Assembly: GCA_046563655.1 (NCBI GenBank)
Contig: CM102285.1
Span: forward strand, 11,532,001 to 11,596,000
Length of the DNA stretch: 64,000 bases
From: Yuukianura sp. NJ FZ-2021
Lineage: Eukaryota
Reading direction: 5' to 3'
Part shown: in pieces, positions 1 to 12,100 of the stretch
Layout: each line of letters opens with the position of its first letter
How positions within the stretch are numbered: position 1 is the first letter of the stretch
Made by a program: the position numbers and the translations under genes
The notes under the pieces: generated by a model
Databases searched by the model: none
The model's input: only the letters and a program-made list of their open reading frames with translations
Told to the model about the DNA's origin: nothing

Positions 1-176
1 TTGACTCTTTAAGTTGATTACAGGAAGTGCGTTAAGGAGTTGTAAAAGTAGTGTGAGTAATCTGCCTACGCAAAGCACTCATCCATGAGTCCTGCTCTCT
101 CCTGCGTCCTGTTAATTTCCAAATCACTCAACTTTCACTTTATTTGCTAATTCATAATTCTTGTTTTTTGTTTCAG

Positions 177-3100
177 GATTCACGCCTCAGCAATTCCAGC
201 TCACTGGACGATGACCATGACCAGAGTAAGTGAAGCTCAAGACGTTTTATGAAACTGGAGGAGTCGAAATTTAAGAAAACATTTTTTTGAAATTCAGTTG
301 CAGAACCAATGCCAAAGAAAAAGTCAAAGGCATCTGCAGATCGAAATCTCCTGGCCAACAGTTCCAGTATCTTGGAGACTGCTGCGGATTTACTTCCAGG
401 CGGAGTGGATTGGCTAGGCTATCATCCCATTGCACTGAAGAAAGATCGCTTGACCCCAAATAGTGGAACTACTACCTGTTCAAACAACAACAGCATCTAC
501 AGCAATGGCAAAAACGATTTCAAGGAACAATCTGTAAGTCTTTGTGTTTTTTGGACTCTAGAGCTAAAGAAATGAACTATTTTGGAGGAAGTAGATTTCC
601 TCTGGAAAGCCCTTCCAGAATAAGTTGAAGACGCTTCCGCCTTGGACTCTTGGGAAGGGGAGCAGAGTCTCGGTTCAAATAAAATCAATCCTGAGAGTGA
701 AGGAAAGATTTATTATTCCTACACTATTGTGGGAGTCGAAGGCTATGCAGTTTCAACCCTTTCCTTATTTCATCTCAACACGAAATCTTCCTCTTCCCCC
801 CAAGTCTTCCTCCAGTTTGTATTTGTAGAAGGGTATACTCTAGGGACAAGGGCCAATTCATATTATTATGTGAATCTCTTCTCCATAAGTGCCCAACCTA
901 GTTTACTGCTCTTCCATCATCATACCTTTTCCCTACTACGAAAACGTATTCTTCCCACTTTCTCCAAAGAGCAACAAAAGACCTCGACTTTCTCCAGTTC
1001 CCTTCCGTCTCTCTCCAACTGAATCCATGATTTGATGTCAAACGACTTGACTTCCCAGTGAAGCTTCCCCTTCTTCCGTCAATTGCCTCGAGTCAATTGG
1101 AATGAACAGAAATGAAGTTGGGGTGGCTCGAAGGGGATGCTGAGGGAGGAAGTGAGCTCCAAACCGCCCAGTCCTTGTCAAACTCAAGGCCTGTCAATTA
1201 TTTCTAGAGAGCAGGAGTGTGCTCTTCGCCCGGAGTACTTATGAACCCTTATATTAAATGTATGAACTATTTTTAACTATTTGTTCTAACTGTGTTGTTT
1301 CCAGAGTCCGATCTCCCTCAATTCAGCTGTCACACAGGAAACTGGACAGGATGAAACGTCGTCGAATGGGAACAAGGAAGATGAGGATGATGATGATGAC
1401 GAGTCAGAGGACAAAATTGACCCACAAGCACATGATCCAGAGCGTCTCAAGGCATTTAACGTAAGACACATTAGACTAAAAATCTAGCATTTTATTTCTA
1501 CCGCACGCGTTAACTAAAATCCTATTCATTCATTGTTCTATTTCCAAAGTTCATGCCTTATTTCATGCATTTTTTGTGAATGTTGAATTGATGAATAGAT
1601 TTTATTTTAGATGTTCGTTCGCCTCTTTGTGGATGAAAACCTGGACCGTATGGTCCCGATTTCTAAACAACCAAAGGAAAAAATCCAAGCCATAATCGAC
1701 TCGTGCACCCGCCAATTCCCTGAATTTGCTGAAAGGGCTCGTAAACGCATCCGAACTTATCTTAAGTCCTGCCGCAGAAACAAAAGGTCTCGAGACTCGA
1801 CTTGGGAATCTGTAAGTGTTGAAACGAGTTTGTTCTAACCATTCACGTAAATATTTAAACTAGCCTATTTCTCCAGCTTTCTTTATTTCACTTTCTACCT
1901 TAATCTAAACGCTTACTGCAACTGACCAATCACGAATTTAAGTCATTCGTGGTTCAACTTCCTGGCCATCAAATTTTTTGATCTACCCTTTTGCAGCTTC
2001 CAGCGGTGATTTGAAATGTTAATTTTTCGAATGGCACTTCACTTGAACATTTAAGCGCTGGGGTGTTTGAGCTTATTTTTACTTGTCAAATGTTCAAATG
2101 TTCTGGATTCTGGTTTTGTGGACGAGAGGGGAAGCAATTGATGCGATTTTTATCAGAAAAGTCTGACTGCTTCTGAAAATACATTCCAAAAGAGTCTATT
2201 GACATTGGCTTGTATCGATAACGTAAGAACTTTGGAAGGCGTCGGAAAAATGGAGATGGGGAGAGGGATAAGAACAGAAGTAGTAAAAAGGCTCAGGCGG
2301 GATTGTTTACAGATTCGGTTCTTTTATTTATGCGGATAAAATTGTCTCTAGAGACGAATCACCTCATGAATATGTATCCAATGAATAAGGAGAGGAACCA
2401 ACAAAAAGATGAACGCGATGAAGCATGACGAACGGCCATAAGTCATTTCGGCAGTCCGAAATTTGTAAATTCAGAGCTCACAAAACTAGAAATTGTTTAG
2501 TCTTTCTTGAAATTGTGAAATTCTGCAACAGAAAATAGAGTTAGGTTTGACGAAAGTGAAAGTTCGCTTGCATTTGCCCTTAACTCATTACGGAGCGAAA
2601 GTTCTCTTGTTCTCTGCCCTCAAGTCACACTTGAGTTACTTTCTCCTCGAGCCAATGGGGGATCGAGTAGCAGGCAGCAGTATCCTTTCAGTCTTTGAAA
2701 ATCATCAAAGTGCTTGAGAAATATTTGATCAGGGAACCACACCCACTCAAAGTTCAGTACATGCAGCAGGCAAAGCAACAGCAGCACTACTTGTACCAAG
2801 GAGAACGAGTAATTGGACCTAGTCTTCTAGAATTTAGTCTACTCGAACGCTTTGGTAACTCATCTTCGCTTGGCTTGACATTCCACTCTTCCGGCTTTCA
2901 CTCACCACGACTTCCTCCTTAATGAATGCTTGATTTACCATCAAAATTGGATCAGAAGAAAGCATCTTGTTTGTGGAACAGGCAGGCGGGGCTTCCCTAC
3001 TTCCTCCTCCTCGTAGATTGGATAACAATGTTTAACAATGTTGTTTCCAAATTCCCTTGCAGCCAAAAACACTTCATTTTCTCTTCTTTGAGATCTTTTT

Positions 3101-4817
3101 GGAAGGAAAGTGGTGAAAGCCTATTGTTTCTGATTAGCATATGCAAATACTTTGATTAAAACAATCTTAAGTCTAATTCCTGGCTTTGTGCGAAGGGAAG
3201 TAGGGAAGGGGAGGAGAAAACTTTTGTCACATAATTTCCTCTTTATTGCTTCAGCTTAAAGAGGCGTCGGAAGGGAACCAGAAGTGAAAGTCTGCTTTCT
3301 CCCTTACCTCAAAGTTATGCCTCTGAAAACTAGTTCTAAAGGAAGCGAAAGCGAAGGAGAGACTTGAAGGTGAAAGTTCTAATGATGAAACTTTTGGTGT
3401 GTTTATTTACTTTAGTCACGACCTACCCCAGCCCACTTGACGTCAGTTCAGGCCGAACAAATTTTGGCTCAAGCATGCGAAAACGAAAGTCAGAATGCAA
3501 AAAGAATGCGAATGGGTCTCGAACCTGTTGGCCAACCTCTGCCGGCATCAGCTTCGGTAATGATTTATGAGGTGACGCGTGACACTTCTAACAACTCTTA
3601 ACGGAAAAATAAAAAGAAGTTGGACTCATTATATGTTATCCTTCTTTGATTTATTAGCAAAATGGAAGTCGACCCTCCTCTGACTCTACCGCTCCAGTAG
3701 CAGTTCTAAATGGAAACAAGGATGAAAAGGATATCGGATCTGCAGGATCTAATGCCTCCACGGCATCAACTCCAGAGAAAGTCACTACAAATACTAAAGC
3801 CACGGCAGCATTTCCGACTTCGGGTTCAACTTCCAATTCCGGCGGTGCTGCTGGTGGTGCTATGTCATCAATTACTGGGATCGGAGGTGAACCTAGGGAA
3901 AATGGAGTTTCTGGAACCAGTAGCAGCAATGTATCGGGTGTGAGAACGCCACTTTCTTCCTCTGGATCCGAAAATCAGATCTCAACCGGAGCCAAAGCCC
4001 CGCCAATGGCTGAACGAAATCATTTGCTAGACTACAGGTATAGGTTTATCTTACAATTTTTGAATGAGCACAATATGGATGTTGAAATGTTTTTATGGAA
4101 GGCTAACTTTCGATTTTTTAAAAATTGGATCATGACCCTGTCAGTGGTGGGAGCCGGATTCTCAACGGAAATGCACTCACGAACATGTCAATGTATCGAC
4201 CAAATTTCTGTCAAGCATTCACACGTCCATTTCCGGGGCTCTTTCCACCCGCTGGAGCCACTCCGCCCGCAACTGGTGGGACAGTAACAGGATTCGGTGT
4301 GAGTGGTGGTGGGGCTGGTGGGCTCGAGAATTGCTTACCGAACGGTGGAAGCCACAACAACCGAAGCTTTTCATCTCATAATAACGTGTCTTCACTACCC
4401 ATCGTTGCCAACGGTAATTTTACACCACATTTCCTTTTATGTAGGGTTCTCGTAAAAAAAGCTTCCAAAGTGAACGCGAGAGTGAATTGAATGGGAAAGT
4501 GTTTTCCCCAGAATCCGCTTTCACTTCACCTGAAGCATTCCAAATATACGTCGCCCTAACCTAACCATGACCTCAGTTGAGAAAAACACATGCTCACTTG
4601 GGCTCAAACTGAAATCCTAACCAAATGATTCTCAATTTTTTCAGGAAACGAAATTGGACCAACAGATTTGAGCATGAAATCCAAACCACTCATGAGCCAC
4701 AAGTTAAATACCACTGAAATGTCTACTGTGCGTCAACTGATTACTGGCTACCGAGAATCAGCGGCATTTCTTCTTCGCTCGGCAGATGAACTGGAACAAT
4801 TAATTCAGCAACAATGA
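177..4817 (+). CDS. NOL4: Nucleolar protein 4 / NOL4L-like nuclear protein, 3' part (5' exons lie upstream of the window). Exons 177-225, 298(or 304)-533, 1305-1460, 1611-1811, 3416-3556, 3658-4037, 4145-4413, 4645-4817
   Basis: GT-AG exons join in frame to give the NOL4 hallmarks [38 protein letters not shown]...[24 protein letters not shown]...ACENE, and C-terminal PTDLSMK...[31 protein letters not shown] candidates at ~6059 and ~6243. Confidence 0.93.
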
Positions 4818-6595
4818 AAACAATGCGGAAGAAGAGAAATTTAGATCATTCAGAGTCTTTCCTTAATCAACCCTTTCATCCCTCATTTAAGACCATTTCC
4901 AAGCATAAGTCACTTTGCTGTATGTGTCCTAATGTCCTAAAATTGTAAACTAAAACTTTCACTTCTTTCGAGAAAAGGCGTCGTCGCGGTCTAAGTGAAA
5001 GCCAACCCAGGGCCATCTCTTGTAACTTTCTCCAAAAAATATTTATAAGTAACCGTTGTTTTTTCGCCTTAGCAAACCTTTTTCAGGGAAACGTTCATTT
5101 TGGCTTGGTTTTCTCACGTGTGTTCAATGTGGTGTTAACTTTTAATTCTAATCAGAATAGTTTAAAAACTTAAGCTTAGGAAACTCAAACTTTACTTTTA
5201 CTTTTGTGTGCCTATGTGCAATGATAATGAGATTCCAGGTGTAAGAAATCAATGACCATATTTTACCTTACGTGTGAAACTAAGTAGATGAGATAGTATT
5301 CGAGTAATGCTCTAGTTTCATAAGTTTCAATTTCAACTGTGTTATTGCAATGACTGTTTAAGAGGAGGAACAACGCCTCCGATTGGGTGTACGAGAATTA
5401 CAATCAAACAGAATTTAACGCGGATTGTAATAATTCAATTCATCTTTAAAGTTAGTATAGAGGCGACGGTTTACAGCTAATTTAAAAGAGGTTAATTTTC
5501 CGACTTGTACAATGTAAACGCATCTCGAATGCTTAAAACGGGAATGTTTTTAAGTCTAGTGGTTGGAGAAAGTTCCAGCAATGGAAACGAAGAAAAAACC
5601 AAAGATTCTGTGTATAAAACTTAGCTTAACTTGTGCATTTCAATTAGGACAAAACGCATTTTATATAGATTAGTGGAAGGAGCTGTTATTTCGAATTAGC
5701 CAACTAAGTTAACTGCTGTTTATCGTTTCGGGGGAAGTCGTTGGTAAATTGTGTGTTTTTACGAATTAGGTTTCACTTTTATTTGTTGCTTTCTATAGAA
5801 TTACTTATAGTTTTTGGTTTCGGAATATTGTAATTCGTTGTAATTTGATGTGAGGAGGACTTTCTCCATTGAAGTAATTAACTCACTCCATTTATTAATA
5901 TTTTTCTATAGTCTAGATGGTGAAAGCCATACATCTAGTGTACCACCTATTTTCAAAATTGTCGTTTTTAAAAATTATGCATCATAGTTAAAGTGAGGAC
6001 ACATTGTTGTTTAATTCATGAGCGCTTGTAATTATTATTTTCGATTCCAGTCACTAATAATAAAATTATCACCTTGTCACATTGTGGTTTTAAACCATAC
6101 TTTTGCCCATGTTCATCTTTTTAGATTTATTTAATATATTATTTTTATAAGTGAAAGTATATAAAAGATTTCGTGGACGAGAAGTTTTGGGTCTTATCAG
6201 TGCTTTTTGAACTTTGTTTGTGTTTTCTTTTTTGAATTATCCAATAAATTTGAATTTTGTAAGCGAATTTTGTGGTCTCATTGACCGTCTTACATTGCAA
6301 AAAAAATTTCACATAATGCTTTACAAAACGTTTTCAAAAAGGAATTATCACAATTTTGACGAAATTTGAGAAACACGGGAAGACGTTTTTTTTTACTTTT
6401 CTTCAAAAACTAGCTGTTCGATTTTGACAATTTTTTGATCCGAAGAATCGCCAGGTTTCAAAGTGCAAGTTTGATTTTCTGAGAATTGAGATCGGAGATT
6501 GTACGCAGCAAAGGGGCAGATAGGAAGGTTCATCTGTTGGATTTTTCCCACAAAAAGTCCAGCAGCGGCAAAAAGTTGAAAAAGGTGGGGAGCCT

Positions 6596-8050
6596 ATTTT
6601 GAAGGTAAGACTTTTTGCAAATTTTTATGCGAAATTAAGTGTAAAGATATTTGGAGATGCGTGCGATGTACTACCTGTGGACTTCAGTCGTAGAAAAGTA
6701 CTAGCTCTGGAAATGAGCGTGAGCTCCAAGTTCAAGTTTCGGAAGAGTTTTTAACATGGGAGGCCTTTGACAGAGCAGAAAAGTAGACAGGGGATCGTAC
6801 GGCCCAAAGAGGCAGGTAGCCTCTCTCTGCTTTTTGGATTTTTGTATGGAGAAGCCGCCAGCGGGAAAAAGGTTGAAGAAGGTGAGGAGCCTTCTTGGGT
6901 CGCCTAATCTCCGCATAGCTCCGGACACTTTTCAAGCAGGTTCCTCTGCCTCAAAATGGAAAATCTCTTTCACAAAATTCAAAAATTAAAAAACTTTCAA
7001 AATTCGTAACTTTGGAATGGAAAACAAGACAAAGGCAAGCTCTTCGCGCCAGAACTCAGAAAAACATGGAGTATTTTCCAAAACTTAAAAAAAAATTTTT
7101 TTTTGAAAACTAAAATTGAAATTTTGAAAACTTTGAAAACGCTTTACTCGGGAACCGAAAGCGATAAGCTCTGCGGACCTGAACTCATAAAAGCATATAG
7201 TATTTTTTTAAAATTTAAAAAAAGTAACCTAAAATTTTGGCCAAATGTTGAAAACAAATAGTCCAGGGATTTTTTCTGGCCAAAAAATTTTTTTTTGTTA
7301 TATTTCGGTTTTTTTTTTTTAATTTTAAAAGATTCTTCTTATAAATGGATGTTCAGACGCGTAGAGTTTACCTGTCTATCGGTTTTCGTTTCAGAGATAT
7401 GAATTTCCCTCGACAAAATTTTGATAATGCGTTTTTTGCAAACATGTTTGCACTAAATTATGTGAGAAATTGTTTCGCAATATGAATTGAGCGTTGGAGT
7501 GCCAGAAATCGTTTTAAAATTACAATTTTTTAAATTTTCTAAAAGGGGAACAAATGATGAACTGTGCTTGTGCTTTGCAAGTTTCTAAAGTCTTTTGCAT
7601 AGCATGGATGGTATGAGAAAGAAGAAAAGATTACCGTGTAAACGTTTTTATAGCGAAATTTCAGAACATTTTGAAGGTAAGACTTTTTGCAAATTTTTAT
7701 GCGAAATTAAGTGTAAAGATATTTGGAGATGCGTGCGATGTACTACCTGTGGACTTCAGTCGTAGAAAAGTACTAGCTGTGGAAATGAGCGTGAGCTCCA
7801 AGTTCAAGTTTCGGAAGAGTTTTTAACATGGGAGGCCTTTGACAGAGCAGAAAAGTAGACAGGGGATCATACGGCCCAAAGAGGCAGGTAGCCCTTCTCT
7901 GCTTTTTGGATTTTTGTATGGGGAAGCCGCCAGCGGGAAAAAAGTTGAGGAAGGTGAGGAGCCTTTCTGAGTCGCCTAATCTCCGCATAGCTCCGGACAC
8001 TTTTCAAGCAGGTTCCTCTGCCTCAAAATGGAAAATCTTTTTCCAAAAAT
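6596..8050. repeat. Two near-identical ~385-bp direct repeats (6596-~6980 and 7668-~8050, offset 1072 bp), with a degenerate partial third copy at ~6490-6595
   Basis: Long sequence identity is visible directly (attttgaaggtaagactttttgc...ctctgcctcaaaatggaaaatc) and is mirrored by the duplicated 75-aa ORFs at 6701 and 7773. Confidence 0.9.
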
Positions 8051-8079
8051 TCAGAAACTTTAAAAATTCATATCTCTGA

Positions 8080-9180
8080 AACACAATGCGCTAAATTGCT
8101 AATTCCTTCACAACTGTTCTCAGAATGATACATAGAATCTTTTAAACTCTTAAAACGAAAATCTAAAATTTGCGAATTTTTAGCAATATTCTTGTGGCAT
8201 AGTCCATGGATTTTGTTTTCAAAATTTTCAAAACTTTGAATTTTTGCATCAGATAACGCAAAATATTGTTTTACAACGTGAGGTGAACGATGAACCATGA
8301 AGAAACTAGTGCTAATCTTTTCAAAATTGAGTTTATTTCTTTCAAAATTTTGAAACTTTAAAATGTTATTTTAAATTATCATTGCTACAACCAGACGCCA
8401 CATGAAAATTAATTTATTTCTCGCTTGATATTTTGAATTAGAAATCAAGGCTAGAAATTTTTAATTTTTGTCCGACAGCAAGAAACGGCAAAGTAGAACA
8501 ATTTTCTAAAATGAATTCAATTTTGAATTTTGATCATTGCTTCGAAATACCTCCCACAAATGGCGCAAAGCGCCACTTCGGGGAGGTAACTCTGCAACTG
8601 CAGGGGCTGATGTAGGAACACATGAAGTTAATGGAAAACTCAAATTCTCCTTTCCTAAAAAAGTTGTACATAAAATGGATTAGAATGTTTCATTGCTAAA
8701 ACGAACCGCCGCCGTTTGAAAATTAATCAGTTTCCTGCTTGGTTTTAAGCAGGACCCGAGAGGGAGAAAATATAAGAATTTTAATACGGCGTGAGGACAT
8801 AGCAAAAGAATTAAATTAAATAGCATTCGTGGTGACCCACGAAAAATTCAATTACAAACATAAAACTTTGCTTACTTTTTCAAATCATTTTGAAAATATC
8901 TCTTATAATTTTTTTGAAATGAATAACCGAATAACGATGAACTGTGTTCCTCATAGTTCATCGTTCACCTGACTTAACAAAACAATATTTTTCGTTATTT
9001 AATGGAAAAAATTCAAAGTTTTGCAAATTTAAAAAAAAAATCAGTGGACTTTTAAAAAAACCACAGGAATTTTGTTGAAAATCCGCCAAATTTTTTTCGT
9101 TTTAAGGGTTTATTAGATTCTATGGATCATTTTGTGATCTGTCGTGAAGGAATAGAATTAGGAATTTAGCGCATTGCGTA
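8080..9180. mobile_element. Foldback/MITE-like element with ~230-bp imperfect inverted arms (8080-8305 and 8945-9180)
   Basis: caatgcgctaaattgctaattccttcac (8083) is the reverse complement of gtgaaggaatagaattaggaatttagcgcattg (~9145-9177). aggtgaacgatgaaccatga (8281) pairs with tcatagttcatcgttcacct (8951). No transposase ORF. Confidence 0.7.
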
Positions 9181-12100
9181 TCCTCACGCCGCGTGAAAAA
9201 TATTTTATATCTTTACACTCATTTTCTTCATTAATACCTAAGAACAACCTACTAAATTTTTATTTGGCGTTTAGTTGTTGCAAATATACATTTCATCAAA
9301 ATTTCGTTTCTGGTTTTTAAAAACCAAGTTTGGTGTAGAATTTTTTTTTCGAAATTCATTTTTATTTTTTAAATTACGTTTGCGAAGCGCGTTCTTGTAG
9401 TAAGCCATTCCCTGAAGTAAAACAATGTCGTTAAAATTTCAACTTATCAAAAAACTGAACAAAAATCCATTGATTGTAGGCAGAGGTGAAAATTCCAAGG
9501 AAAGTACCCTATAATTAACAAGAAATTATCTTTCCGGAAGAGTCATACACGAATTACAGCTTAACAAGGAACAAATTACATAAAAATCTTCAACTTTTTT
9601 CAAAGTACATGTATTTAGAAGACTTTCCTTCATTCATTCAATCTCCTCTACTACACTTCAACCAGTTTGTACTGCTCCAAGCACATCCCTATGAGTCAGT
9701 CCTCTTCTTTATACCAAATAATTATCCCAATAATTCTGACGCAATTGATTAATGAAGATGTAAATAGTTGTTTTCCCCTTAAGTCACTCTTGCGTCTCCC
9801 TTTTACAAATTAAATGTTTTCACCTGGGAGGTAAGCAAGTGTGCAAATTAAAAATCAAACCATAAAAAAGAAACGCCTTGCGAAATGTTGAAGTGTTGCG
9901 AAACAGACAAGAACAAAGCAAAGCCAAAGAGAGTTACTTGGATATTAGAGTGACCTGAGATGACCTCAGATCCAGTTATGAAGGAATGTCTTTGTCTGAA
10001 AACCAAAAGGAATAAAATGAAAACCAGTTCCAGTTTGAACATAAAAGGGAAATGAGTTGTGGAATTGTACACGATTTCCCACTTGAACGAACTACTTTTT
10101 GGATTTGTTCTACCGAGATGAAGGTTCAAATGAATTCATTTGATTTCTGGATAACATTTCATGTGAAGTCCAGGCTCCTCCTTTGCAATCAATTTTTTGC
10201 TTCTTTTTTATTACTCTTCTAACTAATAAATTGGCAGAAACTAATGCATCAACAACTCTATTCTGCTAGCTCTAGAATATCATTTAAAAATTTTTTGAGA
10301 ATCAGAAATCCTGTAGTGATGCGTTCAGGATCTGTCCACAACAAAAAATATACAAACTATTCGTAAAACTTACTGAAAATTCAATTGAGTGTTGCGAAAC
10401 AGCGAGATCATATTGATTTTTAACGGATTTTGACCATTCTGTCATTGAGCTTTTTGCTTTGATCAAAGGAACTTGATCGTATTAACTTAGTGCGTGGTTC
10501 TCATTTTGATTTTTTCATCTGATCTGCAGAAGATTGTAAACGAATAAACCGTATGTCGCTGTTTATTATCTTGTCCATCATTCACTTTTTCCTTCTTCCC
10601 ATTTATCACTCCCAGAACAGACCAGCTTACAAGTCCCACTAGAATATGAGGAGGGCAGAGTGATTATAAATCTGAAGAAAAAGAAAAAAAGTTGTGAATC
10701 TTCACAGAAGAAATTGATCTCTTGATCTTCATCTTTTGCCAATTCCCGAGTGCTTCACGTTTTTTACAAAATCCAGACCGACAAGGTGAGGTCACATCTT
10801 ATCCGCATCTTCAAAATTCTCAACCATCCCGTTGCATCAACTCTCCCTTCATATTGTATCTTACTACCTTCAAAGTCCTTTCTGCATAATCATCCCTCAT
10901 CCCCCTAAACTTTGAGCAGCATCCTCAAAAAAATTTCATCCCTTGGCCTTATCAATGACTCCGAGGCTTTTGTGTAAACTGTTTTCACTCCTAAACACGT
11001 CGACTGCACAGTTAAGTCTGCGGTTAAATGACAATTATATCAATTTATGAAGGAAATTACAAGAAAGTTTGATATCAAAAGCCTAAAAACATTTAAAATG
11101 AAATTTGATACGTTTCACAATAAAACTTAAAGATTTACGGGGTTGTTTCGTTTCCTTTAAGGCCAAAACCAAACGAATTAGCACACCCCATAGTGAAATC
11201 CGAATTGCAAAAGGAGGAAGGAGTGGTTGGTTGAGGTCATTGACTTTCCAGCATGTGGTCCTTGGCAGACAATGGAAAAGGTAGAGTGAATTCAAGATTG
11301 TTTTGGGAAAGTGATTGAATTGAACAATTTAGTAATTGACAGATCAATTCAACTTGTCCCCCACACACACTCTTTGTTCCAATTAATCTCTGTAGGTGTT
11401 AATCTCTCAAAATAACAATGGAAATCAATAAGGACCTTGTCACAAGTTCACTTGGACTTTCGAAATTTGATCTGGTGACCTCAAAATTTAAAATGGGCAT
11501 TTGAATTTTATTTTGGACTGAGGCACTGGGCTCCGAGGGACGCAAAATCGTTTTCAATATTCCTTGTAACAAATGGTAGACGAAGCAATTTTAGCAAAAG
11601 TGAATAATTTGAACTTGCTGAATATTCTACGTTTTTTAAATGTTCGGGCTATTGTTTGGGACTTAAATCTTCAAAGTCCTTCTTTAGCTTTCTCCACCTT
11701 TAATCTGCTATCCTTAAAAAGTAAAACTGTGAGGTGCATACCCTAAGAAGTGACAAATATGGTAAGAACGAGTATCTTGGCCTTAACAAAGCGACTCAAA
11801 GGTGGTGGTCGAATACGATTCTCATTGCATTTTATTGCAGTTTTTGTCATTTGGTTTCGGAATAACAAAAGTCTGAAGTTATGGTTCCACTGGATCATTT
11901 TTCGTTGTCTTGTGTTTTAAGACGTGGTTAGACGCCGTTCAGAAAATATGTAGCCACAACTATGGAGTTGAAATTAAAGCTTAAACAGTTCCCCGTGGTC
12001 CTGGTGGTCCCTGCTAGATCTACGTTTACTAAAATATGTTATATTAATTTGAAATTTCATTATTTATAGTATATAAATTTTTAATTAGAGTGTAGTTAGT

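Noticed and set aside
6596..8050. 385-bp direct repeats as LTRs of a TRIM, and their 75-aa ORFs as genes
   Set aside because: No clean TG...CA ends, PBS, PPT or TSD, and homology fades gradually. The ORFs start at non-ATG codons and resemble nothing I recognise.
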